From assembly GCA_934098395.1 (NCBI GenBank), contig CAKOOM010000001.1, positions 421,493 to 485,492 of the forward strand: a stretch of 64,000 nucleotides of DNA, read 5' to 3'. Positions 7,559-17,544 of the stretch are shown piece after piece. The first letter of the stretch is position 1, and each line of letters opens with the position of its first letter. Origin of the DNA: an uncultured Bacilli bacterium. GTDB taxonomy: Bacteria; Bacillota_I; Bacilli_A; RF39; UBA660. A model generated the notes under the pieces. It was given only the letters and a program-made list of their open reading frames with translations, made no database searches and was not told where the DNA came from. A program made the position numbers and the translations under genes.

Positions 7559-9760
7559 ATGTTAAAGTTAAAAAATGTATCTAAATATTATTATAGTAAG
7601 GGGGTTATAGCTACAGGTTTTAGTAGGGTTAATATTGAATTTAATATTGGTGAATTTGTAGCAATAGTAGGTGAGAGTGGTTCTGGAAAGAGTACACTTT
7701 TGAATGTTATAACTGGACTTGATAGTTATGAAGAAGGGGAAATGTATATTGATGGTAAGGAAACGAGCCATTATAGTGAAGAAGATTTCCAAGAATATCG
7801 TAAGAAGTATGTTTCTAATATATTTCAGAATTTTAATTTAGTTAATAGTTACACGGTTTATCAAAATATAGAGTTGGTTTTATTACTTAATGGTTATAAA
7901 AGCAGTGAAGTAAAGGAAAAAGTATTAGATTTAATTAATAAGGTTAAACTTACTAAGTATAAAAATACGAAAGTTTCTAAGTTATCTGGTGGGCAGAAAC
8001 AAAGGGTAGCAATAGCAAGAGCGCTAGCTAAAGATACCCCAATTATTGTATGTGATGAACCTACGGGTAATCTTGATAGTAGATCTGCTAAAGAGATTAT
8101 TAAATTACTTAGCGAGATAGCTCATGATAAGTTGGTTATTGTTGTTACGCATAACTTTAAAGAAATTGAGGAACTTGCTACGAGAGTAGTAACAATGCAT
8201 GATGGTAAAATAGTTAGTGATAAGTTAATAGAGAAGAGTAAATCAAGTGATAGGGTATATGAAAATAAGAATAAGGAAGTAGGGTTTTTAAATGTATTAA
8301 AGTTAGGTATTAGAAATACTTTTAATATTATTCCTAAGTTTTTACTTATATTTATAGTATTTTTATTTATTACTTGTAGTTTGCTTACGGTATATGGATC
8401 TTTTAAGAAGAGTGAGTATGAAGAGTCTAGACTTGGTAATAATGATTATTTTAGTAATACTGATGATAAGAGAATCATTGTTAAGAAGAGTGATGGTAGT
8501 AATTTCTTAGATGAAGATATTGAGAAGATAGAAAAGATTAAGAATGTAGCAAATGTTATGAAAAATGATATTTTGTTAGATGAATATATTTATTTTGAAT
8601 CATGCAATGATGAGTATTATGGATTTAGTGGTACTTTTATGAATATAGATAGTTTTAAGGGAAAATTAGATTATGGAAGAATGCCTAAAGATAAGCATGA
8701 AGTTATAGTAGAAGTATCAGATGATGAATGGTTATTTACTAGTATGATAGATGAACTTATTAATAAGAAGTTTTATATTGAAGGAAATAAATTAGGAAAC
8801 TATATAGTACTTGTAGGAGTAAGATATACGGATATTCATAATGGATATGGAGAGGCAGTGGTTTATGCTGATAGTGAATTAATGGCGGAACATATGAAGA
8901 CGATTACTGTTAATTATAGTAAGAACTTAGTTACTATTAATAATAATAAAATTAATGATATAGGAATTAGTTATAGTAATAAAATAAAAGATGGATATGC
9001 GTATATTAGTACTGAGATGGAATATGCTTGTAAGTATGAAAAGTGTCCTCGACAAGAACTTTTGCTAGATGTTAGTAATATTAATTATAAAGATAGTAAG
9101 AAGTTAATGATTAGTAATATTTATAATGAAAAGAATGTGGAAAAGTTACTTGGTATAAATAAGGATGAGATGCCATATAATACGCTTTATATTAGTGAGA
9201 ATGATTATAATAAATTATATAATAAGGGAAGTTATCAGATAAGTGTTTTTGTGGATAAGATAGATAATATAGATAAGGTATCTAGTGTATTAGAAGATTA
9301 TGGGTATGATCAATTACAGATAAGAAAGACTTTTGATAAGAGTGGAAATGACTTAGTTAAGGCTATTAAGATAATTAAATTAGTTGTTATTATAGGAATG
9401 GTTATTACAATGTTCTTTATTTCTTATTTTGTTATTAAGTTAGTGTTAAAATCTAGAAATGTATATTTTTCTACATTAAGAATACTTGGAGCTAATTATA
9501 GAAGTACAAAGAAGATATTAGATGTAGAGTTATTTGTTAATTCAAGTGTGGCTTATCTTACATATATTTTGTTTATATATTTAGTTAGGATTAATGTTAT
9601 AAATATTAATTTTGTTAAGAGTGCATCTGAATATATGAGATTAAATGATTATCTACTGATGTATTTGATACTTATAGTTATGTCTTATTTAATATCACAA
9701 AGATTTGCTAGTAAGATATTTAAGAAGAGTGCAATGAATTCTTATAGGGAGGAAGTATAG
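7559..9760 (+). CDS. Fused ABC ATP-binding domain and FtsX/MacB-type permease
   Basis: Walker A GESGSGKST, signature LSGGQKQR and Walker B IVCDEPTGNLD are present. One TM, an extracytoplasmic domain of about 330 aa and three C-terminal TMs follow, which is the MacB/FtsX topology. Confidence 0.85.
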   Translation: MLKLKNVSKYYYSKGVIATGFSRVNIEFNIGEFVAIVGESGSGKSTLLNVITGLDSYEEGEMYIDGKETSHYSEEDFQEYRKKYVSNIFQNFNLVNSYTVYQNIELVLLLNGYKSSEVKEKVLDLINKVKLTKYKNTKVSKLSGGQKQRVAIARALAKDTPIIVCDEPTGNLDSRSAKEIIKLLSEIAHDKLVIVVTHNFKEIEELATRVVTMHDGKIVSDKLIEKSKSSDRVYENKNKEVGFLNVLKLGIRNTFNIIPKFLLIFIVFLFITCSLLTVYGSFKKSEYEESRLGNNDYFSNTDDKRIIVKKSDGSNFLDEDIEKIEKIKNVANVMKNDILLDEYIYFESCNDEYYGFSGTFMNIDSFKGKLDYGRMPKDKHEVIVEVSDDEWLFTSMIDELINKKFYIEGNKLGNYIVLVGVRYTDIHNGYGEAVVYADSELMAEHMKTITVNYSKNLVTINNNKINDIGISYSNKIKDGYAYISTEMEYACKYEKCPRQELLLDVSNINYKDSKKLMISNIYNEKNVEKLLGINKDEMPYNTLYISENDYNKLYNKGSYQISVFVDKIDNIDKVSSVLEDYGYDQLQIRKTFDKSGNDLVKAIKIIKLVVIIGMVITMFFISYFVIKLVLKSRNVYFSTLRILGANYRSTKKILDVELFVNSSVAYLTYILFIYLVRINVININFVKSASEYMRLNDYLLMYLILIVMSYLISQRFASKIFKKSAMNSYREEV

Positions 9761-9761
9761 G

Positions 9762-12161
9762 ATGATTAGAATAGATAAACTTAATAAGTTTTATAATAAA
9801 GGTAGAAAGAATCAAATACATGTTATTAATAATACTAGTTTAGAACTTCCTGATAAGTCTTTGGTGGCATTGCTTGGACCATCTGGTTGTGGTAAGACAA
9901 CACTTCTTAATGCAATAGGAGGTCTTGATAAGGTAAATAAGGGAAATATTTATATATTTGATAAGAAAATTACTAGGAGATGTTCAACGAAAATAGACAA
10001 TATTAGAAACTTAGATATTGGTTATATATTTCAAGACTATAAGTTGATAGATAATATGACGGTGTATGATAATGTAGCAATGGTTCTTAAGATGATTGGT
10101 ATTAAGGATAAGTTAGAAATTAGTACTAGAGTTGATTATATCTTAGAGAGAGTTGGGATGTATCGATATAGGTATCGTCCTTGTGGGATGCTATCAGGGG
10201 GAGAAAGACAAAGGGTTGGAATAGCTAGGGCACTAGTTAAAAATCCAAAGATAATTTTAGCTGATGAACCAACGGGAAACTTAGATAGTAAAAATACAAT
10301 AGAAGTTATGAATATTATTAAATCTATATCTAAAGATAAGTTAGTTATATTAGTTACACATGAGGTAGAGTTGGCTAAGTTTTATGCTGATAGAATAATA
10401 GAAGTTAATGATGGAACGGTGGTAGCTGATTATAAGAATGAATTTGCTGGGGACTTGGATTATAAGATAGATAATAAGTTTTATTTAAAAGATTTTGAAT
10501 ATCAAGAGAATATTAAAGATAAATTTGTAAATATAGACTATTATAGTGATGATAAGAATAAGTTGGATTTAGCAATTGTTTTTAAGAATGGTAATATTTA
10601 TATAGAGAATAAAAATAAAAATGATTTAAAGATAGAAGTAGTAGATAATAATTCAAATATAGAATTAATTAATGATAATTATAAGTCTATGGATAAGAGT
10701 ATTTATGAAAAGTATTCATTTGATTTTGATAAGATTATTAATAAAAATATTAAATTAAAATATAGTTCTATATTTAATATATTTACAATATTTAGCAATG
10801 GTTTTAAAAGAGTGTTTGGATATTCAGTAGTTAAGAAATTATTATTAATTGGATTTTTATTGTCTTCGATGTTTGTTACTTATTCGATTAGTAATACGTT
10901 GGGAGTATTAACAGTTAAGGAAGAGAATTTTATTACAAGAAATAAGAATTATTTAGCTATTAATAATAATAAAAATAAAATAAATAAATATCTAGAATAT
11001 GAGAAGATGGATGATATTAATTATATATTACCTGGTAGTAGTATAGTTAATTTATATATTAATAGTACTAAATATTATCAGACTATGAATAGTGAGATGA
11101 AGATTAGTGGATCTTTATCTAGTATAGAAATGATTAATGATGGAGATATAATTGTTGGTAGAATGCCAGAGAAAGATAATGAGATAGTTGTTGATAAGAT
11201 GATATATGATAAGACTGATAATATTGAGATGTTAGGTTTTTATGATATGGATAAATTTATTGGTAGTAGTTTGTATACGAAGAATGGGTTATTTAATTAT
11301 ACAGTAGTAGGAATAGTTGATAAGAAGAGTCCTAGTATATACATGTCTCAAGATAAATTATTAGATACGGTAATTAATAGTGATGAGAAACAGAGACAAG
11401 TATATGATTATAATTTATATAAAGATAAGATTAAGATAAGTAAAGGTAGAGAACCTAAGAATGATTATGAAGTTATTGTTAATGAAGGATTAATGGATAA
11501 TTTTAAATTAAATAAAGAAATAGATGTAAAACTTAATGATAAGAAATTAATGGTAGTTGGTTATTATAAAACACAAGATGATATTAATAGTTATTTTACT
11601 AATAATAATATGGTTAAGTATGATTATGTAGAAAATTCTAAGGGAATTATTATTTATCCGAAAGATAAAGATAAAGTTATTGAAGAATTTAATAAAATGA
11701 AAGTTGATATTAAAGATATATATAATGCGGATAAGAAGAATTATAAAGATGAGAGAAAAGATAGTGTTAAATCTAATTTAGTAATTGCTTTAATAATACT
11801 AGGAATATCTTTGATAGAGATTATTTTAATGGTTAGATCATCGTTTTTATCTAGGATAAAAGAAGTTGGAATATATAGAGCTATTGGAGTTAAGAAGAGC
11901 GATATATATAAGATGTTTACAGGAGAGAGTTTTGCTATTACGACATTAGCTTCAGTACCAGGAGTATTGTTTGTTAGTTATTGTTTGTATGTACTTAGGG
12001 ATATAAGTTATATTAGTAATAATTATGTGATAAATGGATATGTAGTAATATTATCGATAATAGTGATGTATTTATTTAATATTATAGTTGGTTTAATACC
12101 AGTATTTAATACGATGAGGAAATCTCCAGCAGCAATACTTGCAAGACATGATTTAGATTGA
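9762..12161 (+). CDS. Fused ABC ATP-binding domain and FtsX/MacB-type permease (paralogue)
   Basis: GPSGCGKTT, LSGGERQR and ILADEPTGNLD are present, with the same 1+3 TM topology and a large external loop. It starts 1 nt after the upstream stop. Confidence 0.85.
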   Translation: MIRIDKLNKFYNKGRKNQIHVINNTSLELPDKSLVALLGPSGCGKTTLLNAIGGLDKVNKGNIYIFDKKITRRCSTKIDNIRNLDIGYIFQDYKLIDNMTVYDNVAMVLKMIGIKDKLEISTRVDYILERVGMYRYRYRPCGMLSGGERQRVGIARALVKNPKIILADEPTGNLDSKNTIEVMNIIKSISKDKLVILVTHEVELAKFYADRIIEVNDGTVVADYKNEFAGDLDYKIDNKFYLKDFEYQENIKDKFVNIDYYSDDKNKLDLAIVFKNGNIYIENKNKNDLKIEVVDNNSNIELINDNYKSMDKSIYEKYSFDFDKIINKNIKLKYSSIFNIFTIFSNGFKRVFGYSVVKKLLLIGFLLSSMFVTYSISNTLGVLTVKEENFITRNKNYLAINNNKNKINKYLEYEKMDDINYILPGSSIVNLYINSTKYYQTMNSEMKISGSLSSIEMINDGDIIVGRMPEKDNEIVVDKMIYDKTDNIEMLGFYDMDKFIGSSLYTKNGLFNYTVVGIVDKKSPSIYMSQDKLLDTVINSDEKQRQVYDYNLYKDKIKISKGREPKNDYEVIVNEGLMDNFKLNKEIDVKLNDKKLMVVGYYKTQDDINSYFTNNNMVKYDYVENSKGIIIYPKDKDKVIEEFNKMKVDIKDIYNADKKNYKDERKDSVKSNLVIALIILGISLIEIILMVRSSFLSRIKEVGIYRAIGVKKSDIYKMFTGESFAITTLASVPGVLFVSYCLYVLRDISYISNNYVINGYVVILSIIVMYLFNIIVGLIPVFNTMRKSPAAILARHDLD

Positions 12162-12167
12162 TTAATA

Positions 12168-12195
12168 AAAGGAACATTTTTTGTTCTTTTTATTT
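12168..12195 (+). terminator. Probable terminator after the ABC pair
   Basis: Stem GGAACA/TGTTCT (one G-U), extended by A/T pairs, followed by a T-rich tail. Confidence 0.45.
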
Positions 12196-12221
12196 ACTTT
12201 TAGATTAGTAATTGATATAAT
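12193..12221 (+). promoter_or_regulatory. Sigma-A-type promoter for the 1748-aa gene
   Basis: TTTACT (12193-12198), 17-nt spacer, TATAAT (12216-12221). Confidence 0.4.
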
Positions 12222-12268
12222 TATGATAGTAGGTATAGATAGATAAATATATATAGAGAGGTGTAGTT

Positions 12269-15200
12269 ATGAAGAAATATGTTAAGTATTTAATAATTAC
12301 TTTAGTAGTAGGAATAATAATTGCAATAGGTACTTATGCTTATTGGAGTTATGAAAGTAATAATAAGAAAAATATTTCTATTAGAACTAGTCGGGAATTA
12401 TCTAATTATATTATATATGATGAGGGTGAATCTAAGTTTACGGGTGAACTTAAGGTAGGAAGTAGTTATTTAGATGGGATACATACGACTATTTCTATTA
12501 AGAAAACGGCTGATGCGAGTAATTTAGAGTTAATGGCTACGGTTAATATGACAGTTAATGCAATTGGAGATAATATTAAAAATTCTTATGGACTTAAGTG
12601 GGCTATAACTAAGGGTGATAGTACAAGCACAGGAACATTATTAAATCAGGGCAATTTTTATGGTAAAAATAATGATGATGTAATTGAACTTAAAACAGGT
12701 ATTGAAGTAACTACGACAGAAGAAAAATATACGGTATGGATATGGATAGATGGTAGTGAGAATCCTGATCCGAAAATAGTGGGAGAAACACTGGATACGA
12801 GTGTTTGGACACAGGTAGATCAAATTCTTGATAATCGTTTTGAAGTTACGAGTATTAATAGTAATTATCAATTTATTAATGCTAGCGCAGTAAACACGAC
12901 GAAGAATATTGTGGCATATGCGGTTACAAACACAAGTAGTCAACCAAGCAGTTACACGAATTTAACAACACAGGAACAAGGCAATGTATATAATGTGGTT
13001 GATTATAAAGTAACAAGCACCGGAACATATTATGTGTGGTTTAAAGATAGTGCAGGAAGTACAGTAAATAAAAGTGTAGCAGTTTCTAAGATAGATACGA
13101 CACCACCAGTATGTACGTTTGGTAATTTTGAACCTTCTACGATAAAGAATGGTGAAACATCCGTAGTTGAATTGACTTGTGTGGATGAAGAAATTGATAT
13201 AAAGAGTAGTGATATAACTAGTTCTAGTATAACTCTTAATGGAAGTAGCGTAACGCTTAATAGTAATATAGAAAAAACAAGAATTACAAATGGATTTAAA
13301 TATAAGTTAACAGTAACTGGTACTTCAACAGATGGAGATACTTCGTTATCATTAAAGGCTGGTGTAGTAAATAACAAAGCTGGACTTAGCAATAGTACTC
13401 CTTCGAGCACACCAACAGTCAAAGTACAAAATTTAACGAGTGTTGCTATTCCAATTCAAAGTGGTACGCTTACATATAATAGTACAAGCCAGACGGTAAC
13501 TTGGTCTAATTATGATAGTTCAAAGATGACAGTATCAGGAACGACATCAGCGACGAATGCGGGAACATATAGTGCAACATTTACATTAAAAGATACGACA
13601 AAATATAAATGGCCTGATGGAACAAGCACAGCAAAGACAGTTAGTTGGACAATTAATAAAGCAGATTTAAGTGATGCAGTAATTGATGGTGTAGAAGATA
13701 AGACATATACGGGTTCGGCAATAACACAAAGCCCAACGGTTTATGTAAACATATTAAAAAATTATAATACATGTTATGCAAGTTGTATTAGAAATTCTGC
13801 AGAAGAATATCCTTGTGTAATACAATGTTCTTATACGGCGGTAAGTGGAACAGATTATACGATTAGTTATAGCAACAATATAAATGCTGGTACAGCTACG
13901 TTGACTATAACTGGTAAAGGTAATTTTACCGGAACTGCTTCCACAACTTTTACAATAAATAAAGCTAGTTTGACGGTTCCTAGCCAAAGTGGAACATTGA
14001 CTTATGATACATTGGAGCATTCACCAGCTTGGTCTAATTACAGCGATTCAGCAATGACAATATCTGGAACATCGTCTGCGACGGATGCGGGAACATATAA
14101 TGCAATATTTACATTAAAAAGCACAACAAATTATAAATGGTCAGACGGAACAACTGCGGCAAAGACGGTTAGTTGGAAGATTGAACGGTATGATATATCT
14201 AATTTAGGATTTGATATAAATCCATCGAGTTATACATATACGGGTTCGGCAATAACACCGCTACCAACAGCCACGGGTGAAATATTTGATGCAGATGGTT
14301 GGAATGTATGCTATTCAGCATGTGATCACTCAGGAGATTCGGTAGCATGTGGTGCTGCATGTGATAAAGAATTTACTTATATACCAGTAAAGGATACGGA
14401 TTATACATTAAGTTATAGTAATAATACAAATGTTGGTACAGCGACTGTGACTATAACAGGAAAGGGTAACTTTAACGGTAGTACTCAATTACCTTTTGAG
14501 ATAGTCTATAAAAAAGTAACGGTATATCAAAATATATTTGATGATTTTAAGGATTATTCAGTAAGTGGTAATAATACGACTATTTCATATGATGCTGGAA
14601 AAAATGAGTATACTTTTAATAACACTTCAACAAGTGATCCTTATGCAGAAATTAGTCAGAAAGCTTATTTGACCGCAAATACTACGTATACGATTCATGC
14701 AGATTTTAAAACTACCGATGGTACAAAAATAACTGGTTCTTCGAAAATTTTTCAAATTTTTTATAAAACACAAAGTGGTGCATATAGCGAGGCTAATAGT
14801 GTTAAACTTTCACCAAGTAGTAATACGGTAACTTTTAAACCAACTTCGACGGGTTATTATTATTTTAGATTTGATAATGATTATGGTAATAACATGATAG
14901 TTTATAATTTTAGTATTGGTTTTACTAAAGATACTACTTATGGTAAAACTTATGGTGACTTAACTTCAGGAAGTCAAATAGTAGGTAGTAATACAGAATT
15001 GTTCGTTGGATGGTATACGGAGACAAGTTATACCAATAAAGTTACTTCGACAACAATGGTTACAAATATAAATTCACATGTTTTATTTGCTAAATGGAAA
15101 TTATATGGTAAATTTAATTATTGGAATGGTTCAAGTATTGCTAGTACTTATAGTACATGTGAGTTAACAAGTGGTAGTACTTGTACATTATCTGTTCCAA

Positions 15201-17515
15201 GTGCTGTTAGCAGTAGTAAGCCTAAAAATAATTCTAGTTATGCAGGAGTATCTACGAGTACTTCTAGTATGACAGCTAGTTCACTAACTATTAGTAGGAA
15301 TCAAACGTATTATGCTTATTATAGTGCTACAATTTCAAATAAATATTATAAGGGAACTAACAATAGTAATGATTATGATCATCAAACTGATTGGGGAACT
15401 AGGAGTCTATATAAAAATGTATTTTTCACTAGTGGAAGTGCTTTAAGTTATGTTATTAGTGATAGCAAAACTGGTACAACAAATTTATCACATGGTACCG
15501 GTATGGGGGGAGCGGCATTTAAAGGATTTTCTAGTGATAAATTAAATTACATGACAATGGGAACTGCGGCTGAGTCAACAAATGCGGTTTTATATTCAGT
15601 TTATAATATTTGGTATAATGCTAGTAAATCGGCTTATTATAATAGTTTATCAACAGCAGTACAAGGTGCTACAGCAGGTAATACTTTAACACTTAATGCA
15701 TCTTATTTAGAGGATTATGAGAAAACAGTTATAAATAAGAAGATATATCTAGTTATATCAAGTGGAAAAACAGTTGAATTTAGTAATAATTTGGGTGATA
15801 TTCCAATTGCGATTAGAGACAGTGGCGGTACCATTACAGCTGGAGATTTATATTTATCTGGTACTGGTACACTTAAATCCAATAATAAAAGAACAATTTA
15901 TAATTATGGGGGAATATTACAGTGTGAGAGTGTAAATTTTACTGGTTCGGCAATACATATTTCTTCGATTAGTGGTACGGTATATTTAGGTACTAGTAGT
16001 GGAACGAATGGTTGTAGTATTACAAAGACTAGTACTACGAATAATCAATCTGCCGTGGTTGTTGGTGGCGGTACAGCATATATGTATGCAGGGTCAATAG
16101 ATAGTGCCGGTTATGGAATATACGTTCAAGACGCTGGTACTGTTAATGTGTATGGGGGTAGTATTACTTCGACAGATAGTGCAATTTATTCTGCAGCTGG
16201 AAGTTCGGGTTATATTCGTATTGGTAGAGCTTTTTCTGATGATAAAACTTTAAATCCGAATGGAATTTCTGACACAGCAAAAAATAGGTATTCTGGTTTG
16301 GGAAAAACAGCAAACGTTACTAATCCAAAAATTATAGTAGATGGAACTGGTAACCCTGCTATTAATATATATTCAACTTCCTCAAGTGCAAATAATGCTT
16401 ATTTGAGAATAAATCATGGTTATATTGAGGCAAAAAGTACAGTTGTTAGTATTTCTTCGAATGCTAAAAATACGGTTTACATAGATGGTGGAGCATTATA
16501 TTCATCTGGATCTCATGTTTATCATAATCAATCTACAAGTGTTATAACGGCTTTTACAGGTAGCGCTCATTTGTATTCAGACGGATATTCCGCAGTCAAT
16601 TCAGTTAATACACTTAGGATTAATACTAGTCTTAATGATGTATATAATGGAATAGAAGAATCGCGAAGTGATTGTTCTGATTCCGATAGTTCTGGTTTAG
16701 GTAGATATTATGGTACGTATATTATGAGTAAAAGTTCTTATGGAATTTATTCTTCTAATAATTCAGCAATTGGAGTATCTGTTGGAGATAGTACTTATAC
16801 GCAAGGTAGTAAAACTTGTGATAAATTTAAAAATGAGGGTGCTACGATAGCAAGCTATAAAGCTACGTTTATCGGTAATATTAATTTGTATTGGTATGCA
16901 GGATCGTCTTATCATAATTCGGCTGGTTCAACGAGTTATGCTGGTGATAACGTTACAAAGAAAACGGCTGCTACAACGCGATTACATTCAAAAAATAATG
17001 CAATTACTGCTACGACAATTACTCAAAGCTTTAATGGTACAAGTAGAAGCGTTAGTATTGATAGAAGAAGTTATCCATATCAAACTGAATTAACTAAGGC
17101 ATTTGGAAGTGAAGTTACTACTGTTACTAGAACATCTGGTACGTTATATGCTTGGCGTTCTGGTTCATCTTGTACAAGTCTTAGTAGTTGTGGAACTGGT
17201 AGTTGTAATAGTATTGGAGTTATTAAGTCTAATTGGAACATTTATGTTATATCAAATCATTCAACGTATTCAAATTTATATTATGCTTGGGTTCCGATAA
17301 CTTCGGATGCATGGAGCGATAAATATCCTGGTTATCATATTTTAGCAAAAGATGGAAATGCTGCTATATCTACTTGTTCTGGTTTATCAAAACCTATTAC
17401 TTTTAGCAGTTATGTAACAACAACTTATAATAAAAGAACTTATGCAAAAGTAATAATACCGTTAAAAAATGGTAGTACTTGTTATGTAAGCAGCTGTAGC
17501 AATTTACCTAATTAG
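12269..17515 (+). CDS. Giant (1748 aa) cell-surface protein with a TasA/SipW-like signal, Ig-like and MBG-like repeats, a Listeria-Bacteroides-type repeat and a beta-helix-like region
   Basis: Uninterrupted 5.2-kb ORF with SD GAGAGGTG. The N-terminal TM ends ..AIGTYAYWSYES. DTTPPVCTF begins an Ig-like module. TYTGSAIT...DYTISYSNNINAGTATLTITGKGNFTG repeats are present. ELFVGWYTETSYTN..LFAKW is Flg_new-like. A Gly/Ser/Thr-rich periodic region runs from about 15.7 to 16.7 kb. There is no C-terminal anchor. Confidence 0.85.
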   Translation: MKKYVKYLIITLVVGIIIAIGTYAYWSYESNNKKNISIRTSRELSNYIIYDEGESKFTGELKVGSSYLDGIHTTISIKKTADASNLELMATVNMTVNAIGDNIKNSYGLKWAITKGDSTSTGTLLNQGNFYGKNNDDVIELKTGIEVTTTEEKYTVWIWIDGSENPDPKIVGETLDTSVWTQVDQILDNRFEVTSINSNYQFINASAVNTTKNIVAYAVTNTSSQPSSYTNLTTQEQGNVYNVVDYKVTSTGTYYVWFKDSAGSTVNKSVAVSKIDTTPPVCTFGNFEPSTIKNGETSVVELTCVDEEIDIKSSDITSSSITLNGSSVTLNSNIEKTRITNGFKYKLTVTGTSTDGDTSLSLKAGVVNNKAGLSNSTPSSTPTVKVQNLTSVAIPIQSGTLTYNSTSQTVTWSNYDSSKMTVSGTTSATNAGTYSATFTLKDTTKYKWPDGTSTAKTVSWTINKADLSDAVIDGVEDKTYTGSAITQSPTVYVNILKNYNTCYASCIRNSAEEYPCVIQCSYTAVSGTDYTISYSNNINAGTATLTITGKGNFTGTASTTFTINKASLTVPSQSGTLTYDTLEHSPAWSNYSDSAMTISGTSSATDAGTYNAIFTLKSTTNYKWSDGTTAAKTVSWKIERYDISNLGFDINPSSYTYTGSAITPLPTATGEIFDADGWNVCYSACDHSGDSVACGAACDKEFTYIPVKDTDYTLSYSNNTNVGTATVTITGKGNFNGSTQLPFEIVYKKVTVYQNIFDDFKDYSVSGNNTTISYDAGKNEYTFNNTSTSDPYAEISQKAYLTANTTYTIHADFKTTDGTKITGSSKIFQIFYKTQSGAYSEANSVKLSPSSNTVTFKPTSTGYYYFRFDNDYGNNMIVYNFSIGFTKDTTYGKTYGDLTSGSQIVGSNTELFVGWYTETSYTNKVTSTTMVTNINSHVLFAKWKLYGKFNYWNGSSIASTYSTCELTSGSTCTLSVPSAVSSSKPKNNSSYAGVSTSTSSMTASSLTISRNQTYYAYYSATISNKYYKGTNNSNDYDHQTDWGTRSLYKNVFFTSGSALSYVISDSKTGTTNLSHGTGMGGAAFKGFSSDKLNYMTMGTAAESTNAVLYSVYNIWYNASKSAYYNSLSTAVQGATAGNTLTLNASYLEDYEKTVINKKIYLVISSGKTVEFSNNLGDIPIAIRDSGGTITAGDLYLSGTGTLKSNNKRTIYNYGGILQCESVNFTGSAIHISSISGTVYLGTSSGTNGCSITKTSTTNNQSAVVVGGGTAYMYAGSIDSAGYGIYVQDAGTVNVYGGSITSTDSAIYSAAGSSGYIRIGRAFSDDKTLNPNGISDTAKNRYSGLGKTANVTNPKIIVDGTGNPAINIYSTSSSANNAYLRINHGYIEAKSTVVSISSNAKNTVYIDGGALYSSGSHVYHNQSTSVITAFTGSAHLYSDGYSAVNSVNTLRINTSLNDVYNGIEESRSDCSDSDSSGLGRYYGTYIMSKSSYGIYSSNNSAIGVSVGDSTYTQGSKTCDKFKNEGATIASYKATFIGNINLYWYAGSSYHNSAGSTSYAGDNVTKKTAATTRLHSKNNAITATTITQSFNGTSRSVSIDRRSYPYQTELTKAFGSEVTTVTRTSGTLYAWRSGSSCTSLSSCGTGSCNSIGVIKSNWNIYVISNHSTYSNLYYAWVPITSDAWSDKYPGYHILAKDGNAAISTCSGLSKPITFSSYVTTTYNKRTYAKVIIPLKNGSTCYVSSCSNLPN
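13439..14509 (+). repeat. Tandem intragenic duplication (176 + 181 aa units) inside the giant gene
   Basis: Unit A (13439-13966) and unit B (13967-14509) align end to end: SGTLTY..WSNY..M T(V/I)SGT(T/S)SAT(N/D)AGTY...KTVSW.I... YTGSAIT ... DYT(I/L)SYSNN.N.GTAT.TITGKGNF.G. Confidence 0.8.
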
Positions 17516-17544
17516 TATATGAATAAATTTATATAGAGGTGGAT

